Part shown: positions 1-12,898 of the stretch, in pieces | Layout: the number at the start of each line of letters is the position of its first letter | Position numbering within the stretch: the stretch's first letter is position 1 | Assembly: GCF_036971445.1 (NCBI RefSeq) | Contig: NC_091482.1 | Span: 24,180,001-24,244,000, forward strand | Reading direction: 5' to 3' | Length of the DNA stretch: 64,000 bases | Source of the DNA: Narcine bancroftii | Taxonomy: Eukaryota | Made by a program: the position numbers and the translations under genes | Notes under the pieces: generated by a model | What the model saw: the letters and a program-made list of their open reading frames with translations, nothing else | The model's database searches: none | Told to the model about the DNA's origin: nothing

Positions 1-809
1 ATGCTGGTTTATCAGAATTTTACTATGCTGCTAGAGATGTAGGAGAAGAAGAAAATATATTGAGAAAGTTGGTGGAGACCATTTACAAGAAGACAAGGAA
101 AGGTAGCATTCAAATGAATACCTGAACTTCATGACTAAAATGTCCAATAAGTTAAATGTGTTTATGATGGAGGGACCTAATAACTCGGAGAATGGAAGTA
201 TTGAAGGTTCTATGAGGCATTTACACTTGTATGCTGTCTGGAAGCATCACAGCTTGGTACAGGAACTGGCTTTCCAAAAATAGAAAAATAAATTGTGGAG
301 AGTTGTAAATGTATTCATACAAAAAAAGCTCCACTCCTTTAACTCTGCTCATTCTTCCCGCTGTCCACAAAAAGTACCCAAAATTTTTTAAAGATTCATC
401 TAGCCCCAGCCACATTCTCTTCTTCCTGCTCTCATTGAATAGATGATATATGCATAGAAAAACCTCTAGTATTCAGAATTCACATAACCAACAGCCTCAA
501 GCAACCGGCAAAAATAAATTGAGGAAAAAAAATTAAAATAAATAAGTAAAATAGATAAAAGAAAACCCTAAGTTTACAATTGTAAAAGTAAATGTTCTCT
601 GAAGTAACACTTCGGTGAAGATGGGAGCAAATATTCAGTCGGGAGAGTGCCTTGGTCATGCTTTGCTTGTAGCAGCTGTTTGAATAAAGTTGTGTGAAAC
701 AGCAATGGCGCCACCCAGGATGAAGAGCTGGTTGATGCCACTTGCTGTTGGGTGACTCTCTTAAAGTATCTCTTTATCCCTGCTTAGTAAGAGTCGCTCC
801 GGTCAGAGG

Positions 810-2922
810 TGACAAATTTATTCCAAAGTGGAGGAAAGGCTCTAGGAGATGCAAATGGCAGTCGTGGCTAACTAATGAAATCAAGTGTAACATCAAATCC
901 AAAGGGAGTAAGTATAGGATAGCGAAACGGAGTGGGAAGTTAGAGGATTGGGAAACCTTCAAAGAGCATCAGAGGGTAACTAAGAAAGTCATAAGAGAGG
1001 GGAAAATGAAGTATGAGAGGAAATTAGCAAATAATATAATGGAGGATAGCAAAAGCTTTTTTTAAATATGTGAAGAGGAAGAAATTGGTTCGGTCTAAAA
1101 TTGGTCCATTAAGAATGGAAAAGGGTGAAATTATTACCGGAAACAAGGAGATGGCTGAGGAATTTAACAAATACTTTGCAACTGTCTTCACCAAGGAGAA
1201 TATAGGTTTTGGTCAGTTAGGGGGTAGTGGTCATGCGGTATCAAGAGACTTGGGGAACTTTCCTGGGGAAGTAGGGGATCTAATGGATATCCGGATCCAG
1301 AAACAGGAGGTTGTGAGTAAATTGTTGGGACTGAGGGCTGATAAATCCCCAGGACCTGATGGGCTGCATCCCAGGGTGCTTAAAGAGTTGCTATGGAAAT
1401 TGTGGAAGCACTGGTCGACATTTTCCAAAGTTCCATAGATTCGGAGGAGGTCCCTGAGGATTGGAGAGTGGCTGATGTGGTGCCGATTTTTAAGAAGGGA
1501 GGGAGGGAGAAAACGGGAAATTATAGACTGGTCAGCCTGACGTCGGTGGTGGGGAAGATATTGGAGTCTATCATAAAAGGAGTAATAGCAGAACACTTAG
1601 GCAGAAATAATAGTATAAGGGCTAGTCAGCATGGATTCCTTAAGGGTAAGTCATGTTTGACTAACCTTCTGGAATTTTTCGAGGATGTGACAAAGAGGGT
1701 GGACTCGGGAGAGCCGGTGGATGTGGTGTATTTGGACTTCCAGAAGGCCTTTGATAAGGTACCGCACGGGAGACTAGTGGGCAAAATCAGGGAGCATGGT
1801 ATTGGAGGTAAGGTGCTGACATGGATAGGAAATTGGTTAAGAAATAGGAAACAAAGGGTTGGGGTAAGCGGGTCTTTTTCAGGATGGCAGGATGTGACAA
1901 GTGGAGTGCCGCAGGGATCGGTATTGGGTCCTCAGTTGTTTGTAATTTATGTAAATGATCTGGATGAGGGGATTATTAATAACGAGCAAATTTGCAGATG
2001 ACACGAAACTGGGTGGCAGTGTGGGGTGTGAGGAGGATGTCAGGAAAATGCAGAGGGACTTGGACAGGTTTGGGGGAGTGGGCTGCTGAATGGAAGATGA
2101 CGTTCAATGTAAGCAAATGTGAGGTTATCCATTTTGGGGGCAATAACAGGAAAGCTGAGTATTATTTAAATGGAGACAAGCTAGGGACTGGGGAGGAGCA
2201 AATGGATATGGGAGTACTTGTTCACCGGTCACTGAAGACTAGCATGCAGGTTCAGAAAGCTGTGAAGAAGGCTAATAGCATGTTGGCTTTCATAAAGAAG
2301 GGATTGGAGTATAGGAACAGAGACGCCCTTCTGTAGTTGTACAGGGCCCTGGTGAGACCCCACCTGGAGTATTGCATCCAGATCTGGTCTCCAATTTTGA
2401 GGAAGGACATACTAGCTATAGAGGGTGTGCAGCGCAGATTTACAAGGTTAGTTCCAGGGATGGCGGGGTTGACATATGCTGAAAGGCTAGAAAAATTGGT
2501 CTTGTATCCGATGGAGTTTAGAAGGATGAGGGGGGACATGATTGAGGTATACAAAATCATCAGGGGGATAGACAGGGTGAAGTCGGATTACTTGTTCCCA
2601 ATGATGGGGGAGACGAGGACTAGAGGGCATAGTTTAAGAATACAGGGTAGGCCCTTTAGGACGGAGATGAGAAAACATTTTTTTACCCAGAGAAGTGTGA
2701 ATCTGTGGAATGCTCTGCCACAGAGGGTGGTCGAGGCAGATTCGCTGATTATGTTCAAAAGAGAGTTAGATAAGACTCTAGTGGGCAAAGGAGTTAAGGG
2801 TTATGAGGATAAGGCTGGAAAGGGGTACTGATGGTAGTGATCAGCCATGATCTGTAAAATGGCGGTGCTGGCTCGACGGGCCGAAGGGCCTACTCCAGCT
2901 CCTATTGTCTAAATTGTCTATT
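810..2922 (+). mobile_element. 5'-truncated CR1-clade LINE (RT region and 3' end), disrupted
   Basis: Consecutive ORF fragments with [66 protein letters not shown] and RPHLEYC. Several frameshifts and a TAG at 2334. Short tandem-like tail ctattgtctaaattgtctattg. Confidence 0.93.
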
Positions 2923-4989
2923 GTGTAAAACAGTTTTCATCTGTATGTCATACATGCAATAGTTCACTGTTGTGAATTCAGAGTGGTTCATTCAGTAAAT
3001 AAAGGGAGAGTTTTGGCCAAAACAGCAGTCAGTTTGCTTGTGGCTGTATCTTGGAGATATAGGTGACACATTTCTTTCTTGGTTGGATTCAGGGTATCAT
3101 TGACTGAATCCAAAATCTACTTGGAAGATAGGGTAAAAACACAATGCTGGAGAAACTCTGCACATCAGTCTATTTTAAATAGCAATGTTTTGTGCCTAAG
3201 CCCTTCACCAAGATATGCCCTTGTTCATACCTTGATGAAGGGCTCAAGTTGGTTATTTATCTTTATCTTTGCTCTATCGAGTACACTTTTTTTTTATCTG
3301 CTGAGTTTTTACTTCAACAAGTAGACTTTTGTATTTTACTCTTGGAAGATAAAGACAGATCATGTTGGAGGTGAAAGAAATGCTGACACCTGGATCAAAA
3401 GACAAACTGCTAGAGGAAGTCAACAGGTTGAGCAGTATCTGTGGGGGAAAAAAATACCAAAAGGATAACTAAATACCTTGTAAATCTTGATTCACAGACA
3501 TCCTGCGTCATAGCAGACGCTGCTCAACTTGTAGCACACATCTTGCTTTCCAGGACAGGTCAGGAACTGGAATTAATTCTTTACAAAAAAAAAAGACAAC
3601 CATATAAAAAAATCTTGGCACAATCAGCATTAAATAGTCTGTAGATGCTACAATTGTAGTTTAATGCACAAATGTGCTGAAGAAACTCAGCAGGTCATGC
3701 AACATCCTTTATGGTAAAGATACAATCAGTGTGCTTATTTAATTAATTTAATCAATCACTGTTATACCTACTTATAGTGGAACCTTCAGCTGAGCAGCCA
3801 ATAAACAGGTGGATTAAAACGATTAGGATAAGATGTGGGTACAAAATACCCAGCTTAACTGAATTACTTCTGGAGCTGCTCCATATCATTCGGCATAGCT
3901 ATGGTTCAACAGCAGATCTGCCTTCATCTGCATTGTTAATTTCATTCTTACCATCAATTCAACCAACCTGCACCTCGTTTGAAAAAGATGATGACCTGGT
4001 GCCACATGAATGAAAAAAAATTCCACATTTTCCCAAAGGTGCTGGTGGTCTTTGTGCGGGGATTGGAGGGACAATCTGTTTCTGCAAGGAGGCAGGAATC
4101 CCACCACAGTCTTGGAAGACAGTACAATACTGCTCCACAAAGAGCTATACTGCTGTAGGTCAAGGATCTAGTTGCAGCGCTTTAAATACTGAATCTTCAC
4201 ACACATTGTCAAGATTAGTGAATAATTCTTCATAGCCTCATTGTTCACCTACCAACAACCTGTCAATTAAGATTAAATACTTCTTTACTTTCTGCAGCAT
4301 TTGCATATCCAGTGATGCTACGCTACAAGCCTCACATCCACGTCTCATAGCAGTAACATCACTAAAACACAAGTGCAATAGATGCTAACATACTTGCTAT
4401 TTCTTGCAAGATAAGAGAATGCACATTTCTGATCACTGCCATTTTAGAGCAGACCATGTGTGGCTGTATCACTGCACACATGTGCAAGAGAACTGGGCTT
4501 GCCACAATGAAGCAGATATTACCATGGAAACAATCGAAGAACCATGGTCCATTTATCCAGTTCTTGATTTTACATCCATGTTTCTCAGCCTATAATCTCT
4601 ACTGATTTGAAAACTGCACAAATGGAACAAGATCCAAATAGCCAAGAATGGCAGTTGGTTTTGGAAGAATATATATATGTTATGACAAATACTATTGGTA
4701 TCTAGCTGGTTTAAAGGCAACCTGCTTGTGCTTTGTCACCAGGCCTGAGTGGGAGATGAAGTAGTTTTTTTCCTCTCTCAAAAACATATCAATTTTTGGA
4801 AACCTCTATGTTAAAAGTCAGTGTAATCAGAATCTTCTTGGAGGCAATTTCTTGATCAGCAAGATGAAGAAGTGACCGAGTAGGCAAGAATGAGCTTAAA
4901 CAGTCTACTCATGTTCCCAACTCATATCTTCATATGCGAGTGGTACTGGTGACTTTCTAAAGCAATGTGGCCACTGGAGAGATCTTCTC

Positions 4990-5472
4990 TTTGGCTTGGC
5001 TTCGCAGACGAAGATTTATGGAGGGGTAATGTCCACGTCAGCTGCAGGCTCGTTTGTGGCTGACAAGTCCGATGCGGAACAGGCAGATACGGTTGCAGCA
5101 GTTGCAAGGGAAAATTGGTGGGTTGGGGTTGGGTGTTGGGTTTTTCCTCCTTTGTCTTTTGTCAGTGAGGTGGGCTCTGCGGTCTTCTTCAAAGGAGGTT
5201 GCTGCCCGCCGAACTGTGAGGCGCCAAGATGCACGGTTTGAGGCGAGATCAGCCCACTGTCGGTGGTCAATGTGGCAGGCACCAAGAGATTTCTTTAGGC
5301 AGTCCTTGTACCTCTTCTTTGGTGCACCTCTGTCACGGTGGCCAGTGGAGAGCTCACCATATAACACGATCTTGGGAAGGCGATGGTCCTCCATTCTGGA
5401 GACGTGACCTACCCAGCGCAGTCGGATCTTCAGCAGCGTGGATTCGATGCTGTCGGCCTCTGCCATCTCGAG
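4990..5472 (-). mobile_element. RTE-clade LINE 3' fragment
   Basis: Minus-strand ORF LRWVGHVSRMEDHRLPKIVLYGEL...RGAPKKRYKDCLK, typical of the RTE C-terminus. Same 3' UTR as the copy at 46058. Confidence 0.9.
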
Positions 5473-5859
5473 ATGGAACGTGGAGAAGTGAAGAGATGAA
5501 GATTGTGCTGTTTAATCAAGGGCATTTGTGATTTTGTTAGTGCAAATTCTTCAATGGAGACATAAAAACTGGCTATAATTTCCTCCCTATACCATTCATT
5601 GTTGGATGGTTACATCATCTCATTGGCACTGATGTAAATCAATGACATTAGAATTAATTGTCAATGCCACGTAACTGTGAAACGTTGCACATTATTGTCA
5701 ATTATCTGAATCTTAAGTTAAATAAGAGGACAAGGAATGGTCATAAAATTAAATGATGACAATATCTCTGAAGCAACTTATTGTACTGCTCTTCTCTCAC
5801 TATCCAATTTACTTCTCACCTTTTCCAACAAAGAACCCATAGAGCCTCAATTTCCTGCA

Positions 5860-6655
5860 CATCCGCCCCCATGTGCAACAAGAATTCCCCTTGTCCTCAC
5901 CTACCATCCCACCAGCCTCCTTATTTAGCATATTCTCCGTCACCATTTCTGCCATTTACTACATGATCCCACCACTGGACACATATTCCCCTCTCCACCT
6001 TGAGCAAGGACTACTTGACTCCCACTCCTCCCTCCCCATCAATCGTCCCATTGGGACCTACCCCTGTGAGTGCAGGAGACCCTCCACTTGTGCCCACACC
6101 TCCTCCCTCGCCACCATTCAGGGGCCCCAAACAATCCTTCCAAGTGAAGCAACATTTCACTTGTGCAAGGGTCATCTACTGCATCCAGTGCTCTCATTGG
6201 GGTCTCCTCTTCATCAGAGAGACTGGATGTGGACTGGGAGATCGCTTTCTTGAGTACCTCTGCTCTGCCCAGCGCATTAACATGGATCTCCCAGTGGCCC
6301 CTATTTCAATTCTCTATCCCATTCCTTTGCTGACATGGCTGTCCATGGTCTCATGCATTGGCAGACTGAGACCACCAGCAAATTGGAGGAACAACACCGC
6401 ATCTTCTGATGGGCCCCCTCCAACTGAATAGCATTAACATCAACTCTCTGGCTTTTGTTAAACTCCCCACCCCACCCCTGTCTCTACTGTTTCCTTTTGC
6501 ACAAACATGTTAAATTTTTACCTCATCCCTTATCAATCTAATTAACACTTTCTGTTGGTCTCGATTCCTCCCCTAGCCAGCATTGTCTGAATTCTGAGAC
6601 TTTACGAGATGTCCTGCTTCTGGCTCATTCTGCCTATTCCTTGAAGAAGGGACAC
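5860..6655 (+). mobile_element. Penelope-like element fragment (GIY-YIG endonuclease remnant)
   Basis: RIPLVLTYHP and FQVKQHFTC..VIYCIQCS..GLLFI.ETG..LGDRF motifs. Confidence 0.8.
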
Positions 6656-6973
6656 CTAAAGCACATTTCTGAGATTTCTGGTTTAGATTTATGCAATTTT
6701 TATCGTGTGAGATACAGTTGATGCAGGAAATTATATTGCACCAACCTGTACCTGGCATCAATAACTGTCCAAAGATCTGACCAGCACTGCTTGTGGATTG
6801 TTGTGCCCAAGTCCGATTCCCATCTTTCCCTCGACCTGTGTAAGCCCCCAGCTTTGGGCCCTCACTTTAGGAGATATACATTGTAGAGATAAACTTACAC
6901 GTATTCCCCTTTCGAATTAGAATCTCCATGTCGCTACACATAGGTAGGCCCATAGACAGGCTCAAATGATCCC

Positions 6974-9150
6974 TTAAGAAAGATCTTTCTGAAGATAGCA
7001 GAAGAAAATTTTATTAGACAAATCATATTTATCCCTCAGTTGTTTAAATGATGTGAGCTGCCCTTGCTCATAACAATCCTTGATATACCTGATCCCCTCT
7101 GGCACCCAGGTGTTCAGGATCTTATTATCCAAAGTCATGGGTATTAATTTGTTTTGGGTCAAGGGCATTTTAGATATCCCACCCTTTAGTCCAAACATTG
7201 ATTTATTTTTTGCCATATCTGAATTACATGTTTTAATATGGGGTTATTAATTTTTCCTGATATCAATTTGATGTCCCATTTACATATGAACTCGCTTGCA
7301 ATCTTTTCTCCTACCACGTGTAGTCCAATTTGTGCCCAGGAGGGGATATCGCCTCCCTCAAAGAGTGAAGCGATAAACCTCGTCTGGGCTGCCCAATAGT
7401 ATTTTTATAAATCCGGCATTTTCAGACTTCCCAATTTATAATCCCATCAACTTTTCCATAGAGGTTCTAGCTACCTTACCATTCCACAGGAACTTTCTGA
7501 CACATGTGTTGAGTGCCTTAAAGAAGCCCTGGGGAAATGGAATGGGCAAGGACTGAAATAGATATTGTAGCCTTGAAATCACCTTCATTTTAATACAATT
7601 AACCCTGCCCACCAAAGTTATGGGAAGGGTCCTCCATCTACCAAGGTCCTCCTCAATCTTCTGGAGCAAAGAGAGAAAACTGATTTTATATAAATTGTGT
7701 AAATCCTTATCCACTTTTATCCCCAAATATTTAATGCCCTCTTGTGGCCACTTAAATTGACTCACTTGTTCGTATTGTCTGCAATCCCCCTTTGCCAAGG
7801 GCATAATTTAACATCCAAATTTATTTTATACCTAGAGATCTTGCCATATTCCTTCAATGTGGTCCTCAGCCTGGTCAATGAGTCTCCCCAACCCACCCCA
7901 CTCGAGGCCTGTCAAATATACTAACACATCATCAGCGAATAAATTGATTTTCTGCTCCTCCTGGTCCACTTTAAACGTCTTTATATCTGGATCCTGTCGA
8001 ATGGCTTCTGCCAGTGGTTCAATAGCTAGAAGAAACAATGTTGTACAGTGTGCATCCCTGCCTACTGGACCTACCCACTAGGAAAACTGGAGATATTTTC
8101 CCATTCACAATAATTTTAGCTTGGGGTTTATGATAGAGCACCCATACCCATTTAATAAATGATTGTCCCAATCCAAATCTTTCTAGTACTTTGAATTAAA
8201 AAGTCCCACTCCAGTCTGTCAAAGGCCTTCTGCTCATCCAGAGCTATGGCCATGTCTAGATCCACCCCCGACTGTGCCAGATGCACTATATCGAGTAATC
8301 TACATATATTTTCTGCTGATTGTCTCTTTGTACAAATCCAGCTTTATCTGGATTTGTTAACTTTGGTAAATATTGAGCTAACCTATTGGCCAATGCTTTT
8401 GCTATAATTTTATAATCTACATTCAACAATGAAATGGAGAAGGAATTCGATGGGCTCCTGTCTCTTTTTGTGCTAACCATTATAATTGCTTTTGAGAAAC
8501 ACTCAAGGAGGGTATGTGTCTCCAATGTCTGGTCCACCACTCCCATAATAAGGGGCTTGAAAAGATCCTTAAACTCTTTATAAAATTCAGTGGGGAACCT
8601 ATCCTCCCCTGGTGATTTGTTAGCCTGCAATGAGCCCAGGGCTTTCTCAATATCCTCTCCAGAGAAAGAGCCATGTGGCCCCTCTCATTCCTCTTGATCC
8701 AAACTTGTTAGTTCTAATGTAAGCAAGAAATCATCTATTTTAACGGGGTCTCCCATTGATCTGAATTATTTAGCTCTGCATAGAACTTTCTAAATATTTA
8801 ACTCCTTTGGTTTTTATGATATCTTGTCTCTTCCCCCCACCCCCGTTTGAACCACTTTAATTGTTTTTGAGATCTCTTCTGCCCTCACCTGCCAAGACAG
8901 GACTTTTGCATTGTGTTGTATTTGAGCTTTTTGTTCATTAAATTCTTATATTTATCCTCAGAACCCGATCTTTGATAGTCTTTTTCCAACTGGGTTATTT
9001 CCTGCTCTAAGTGGTTTATATCTTTTATATGCCTTTTTGGTATATCCAATTATCTGGACCCTTAAATAACCCTACACCACTCATTAGTGCACAAATTGCA
9101 CCTCTCCAAGAAGAACTGAGGTAATCTATAGGTATCTCTTCCAAATGTCA
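6974..9150 (-). mobile_element. L1/Tx1-clade LINE ORF2 fragment, decayed
   Basis: KSPGEDRFPTEFYK, ISLLNVDYKIIAKALANRL, LFADDVLVYL, IKYLGI, RLQYLFQSLP motifs in broken minus-strand frames. Confidence 0.87.
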
Positions 9151-9784
9151 TAATTCTCACTCAGCTCTGAAATGTCATATTTAATTGATTTGCCGTAGGT
9201 AACAAGCCCTGAATATAGAGATAGCAGCCTGTTCCAAGGGTTGTAACGGGAAATGTTGTTGGTGAAAAAAAGGACTTAACCTGGATGTTGGCTGCATTGT
9301 CAACAACCAGCAAGGCATTGTTGTTCCTTGGATCATGTGTGACTTCATCTTCTAGATGGGCCTACCACAACAGACATTGTAGGAGTTGATTTTTTTTTGT
9401 CATCTATTTTAAAAGTGAACAATGTAGATACTGGGGTTAGTTTCATGGACTAATTATGTCAAATGGACCCATTATGTCAAAAGCTGCAGTCTGTAAGCTC
9501 AAATTGCCTGTGTCAACATAATGTAGCTATCAACTAATGAATGACAATAACAGTGATAAAGTTGAACCTATAATTTCAATTGCCTCTAGTTATTTATAAT
9601 TCATTATCAGTGTACTTAACACGCTTACAATGTCAATATGGGGAACACAAAATAGGTTAAACGCTGGTCCTTGTTTATTATGTATTGACAGTAATTAGGA
9701 CACATGCTTTGTTTTAAGAATCAAATTTGTCAATAGTAAAAAAAATTGAAAATGGAATATTGATACTTGCATGCAGAAAGCTCA

Positions 9785-10211
9785 ATGTCAGAATCAGAAT
9801 TTATTGTCATGTAATTTGTTGTTTAGCGGCAACAATAGTGCAAACATTTCTATAAACAGCCTTAAAAATTAAATAAAAATAGCGTAAAATAAGGCAGTGT
9901 CTGTGGTTCATTGTTCATTCAGCAACCTGATGGTGCTGTAAAGATGTTCTTGTGCCACTGAGTACTCAAGCTCCTGTACTCTTCTTCCCCCATTGGTAGC
10001 AGTGAAGAGGGCATGGGCTGGCTGGTTTGGTGGGGGGGGCGGGACCTTGAGGATAGAGTCTGCTTTTTAAAGACCTCACCCACCTCTTATAGATATCCTC
10101 GATGCAGTGAAGTCTGGTGCCTGTGATGTTGCAGACTAAGTTAACGATCCTCCCCTGGTGTTTTTTTCTTGTCCTGAGTATTGGCACCTCTATACCAGCA
10201 GCGATGCAACC
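9785..10211 (-). mobile_element. Rex/Babar-like LINE 3' fragment abutting the minisatellite
   Basis: Reverse complement resembles the 3' part of the copies at 15090 and 48907; tail reads aataaattctgattctga on the minus strand. Confidence 0.65.
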
Positions 10212-12898
10212 AGGGGGTCCACGACCTAGGCTCAGACCAAAGGGTCCATGTCCCAGGCTCAGACCAGAGGGTCCACGTCCTAGGCTCAGACCAGAGGGTC
10301 CACGTCCTAGGCTCAGACCAGAGGGTCCACGTCCTAGGCTCAGACCAGAGGGTCCACGTCCTAGGCTCAGACCAGAGGGTCCACATCCCAGGCTCAGACC
10401 AGAGATGGCCACGTCCCAGTCTCAGACCAGAGATGGCCACGACCCAGGCTCAGACCAGAGGGTCCATGTCCTAGGCTCAGGCCAGAGGGTCCACGTCCCA
10501 GGCTCAGACCAGAGATGGCCACATCCCAGGCTCAGACCAGAGATGGCCACGTCCCAGGCTCAGACCAGAGGGTCCACGTCCCAGGCTCAGACCAGAGGGT
10601 CCACGTCCCAGGCTCAGACCAGAGGGTCCACGTCCCAGGCTCAGACCAGAGAAAGCCACGTCCCAGGCTCAGACCAGAGATGGCCACGTCCCAGGCTCAG
10701 ACCAGAGATGGCCACGTCCCAGGCTCAGACCAGAGATGGCCACGTCCCAGGCTCAGACCAGAGATGGCCACGTCCCAGGCTCAGACCAGAGATGGCCACG
10801 TCCCAGGCTCAGACCAGAGATGGCCACGTCCCAGGCTCAGACCAGAGATGGCCACGTCCCAGGCTCAGACCAGAGATGGCCACGTCCCAGGCTCAGACCA
10901 GAGATGGCCACGTCCCAGGCTCAGACCAGAGATGGCCACGTCCCAGGCTCAGACCAGAGATGGCCACGTCCCAGGCTCAGACCAGAGATGGCCACGTCCC
11001 AGGCTCAGACCAGAGATGGCCACGTCCCAGGCTCAGAGCAGAGATGGCCACGTCCCAGGTTCAGACCAGAGATGGCCACGTCCCAGGCTCAGACCAGAGG
11101 GTCCACGTCCCAGGCTCAGACCAGAGGGTCCACGTCCTAGGCTCAGGCCAGAGGGTCCACGTCCCAGGCTCAGACCAGAGGGTCCACGTCCCAGGCTCAG
11201 ACCAGAGGGTCCACGTCCCAGGCTCAGACCAGAGATGGCCACGTCCCAGGCTCAGACCAGAGATGGCCACGTCCCAGGCTCAGACCAGAGATGGCCACGT
11301 CCCAGGCTCAGACCAGAGATGGCCACGTCCCAGGCTCAGACCAGAGATGGCCACGTCCCAGGCTCAGACCAGAGATGGCCACGTCCCAGGCTCAGACCAG
11401 AGATGGCCACGTCCCAGGCTCAGACCAGAGGGTCCACGTCCTAGGCTCAGGCCAGAGGGTCCACGTCCCAGGCTCAGACCAGATGGTCCACGTCCCAGGC
11501 TTAGACCAGAGATGGCCACGTCCCAGGCTCAGACCAGAGATGGCCACGTCCCAGGCTCAGACCAGAGATGGCCACGTCCCAGGCTCAGACCAGAGGGTCC
11601 ACGTCCCAGGCTCAGACCAGAGGGTCCACGTCCCAGGCTCAGACCAGAGGGTCCACGTCCCAGGCTCAGACCAGAGATGGCCACGTCCCAGGCTCAGACC
11701 AGAGATGGCCACGTCCCAGGCTCAGACCAGAGATGGCCACGTCCCAGGCTCAGGCCAGAGGGTCCACGTCCCAGGCTCAGGCCAGAGGGTCCACGTCCCA
11801 GGCTCAGGCCAGAGGGTCCACGTCCCAGGCTCAGACCAGAGGGTCCACGTCCCAGGCTCAGACCAGAGGGTCCACGTCCCAGGCTCAGACCAGAGATGCC
11901 CACGTGCCAGGCTCAGACCAGAGATGGCCACGTCCCAGGCTCAGACCAGAGATGGCCACGTCCCAGGCTCAGACCAGAGGGTCCACGTCCTAGGCTCAGG
12001 CCAGAGGGTCCACGTCCCAGGCTCAGACCAGAGGGTCCACGTCCCAGGCTCAGACCAGAGATGGCCACGTCCCAGGCTCAGACCAGAGATGGCCACGTCC
12101 CAGGCTCAGACCAGAGATGGCCACGTCCCAGGCTCAGACCAGAGGGTCCACGTCCCAGGCTCAGACCAGAGGGTCCACGTCCCAGGCTCAGACCAGAGAT
12201 GGCCACGTCCCAGGCTCAGACCAGAGATGGCCACGTCCCAGGCTCAGACCAGAGATGGCCACGTCCCAGGCTCAGACCAGAGATGGCCACGTCCCAGGCT
12301 CAGACCAGAGATGGCCACGTCCCAGGCTCAGACCAGAGGGTCCACGTCCCAGGCTCAGACCAGAGGGTCCACGTCCCAGGCTCAGACCAGAGATGGCCAC
12401 GTCCCAGGCTCAGACCAGAGATGGCCACGTCCCAGGCTCAGACCAGAGATGGCCACGTCCCAGGCTCAGACCAGAGATGGCCACGTCCCAGGCTCAGACC
12501 AGAGATGGCCACGTCCCAGGCTCAGACCAGAGATGGCCACGTCCCAGGCTCAGACCAGAGGGTCCACGTCCCAGGCTCAGACCAGAGGGTCCACGTCCTA
12601 GGCTCAGACCAGAGGGTCCAGGTCCCAGGCTCAGACCAGAGGGTCCAGGTCCCAGGCTCAGACCAGAGATGGCCACGTCCCAGGCTCAGACCAGAGATGG
12701 CCACGTCCCAGGCTCAGACCAGAGATGGCCACGTCCCAGGCTCAGACCAGAGGGTCCACGTCCTCGGCTCAGGCCAGAGGGTCCACGTCCTCGGCTCAGG
12801 CCAGAGGGTCCACGTCCCAAGCTCAGACCAGAGGGTCCAGGTCCCAGGCTCAGACCAGAGGGTCCACGTCCCAGGCTCAGACCAGAGATGGCCACGTC
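10210..12898. repeat. Two-variant minisatellite, 98 units of 27 bp (A) or 28 bp (B)
   Basis: A = CCAGGCTCAGACCAGAGGGTCCACGTC, B = CCAGGCTCAGACCAGAGATGGCCACGTC. Hand count gives 44 A and 54 B. Confidence 0.98.

Noticed and set aside
455-800. Possible Tigger-like MITE end upstream of the CR1
   Set aside because: Only a vague terminal resemblance; no partner TIR located.
10210-12898. CRISPR-like array (27-28-bp repeats)
   Set aside because: Units are directly adjacent with no unique spacers, there are no cas genes, and the context is a spliced vertebrate gene.
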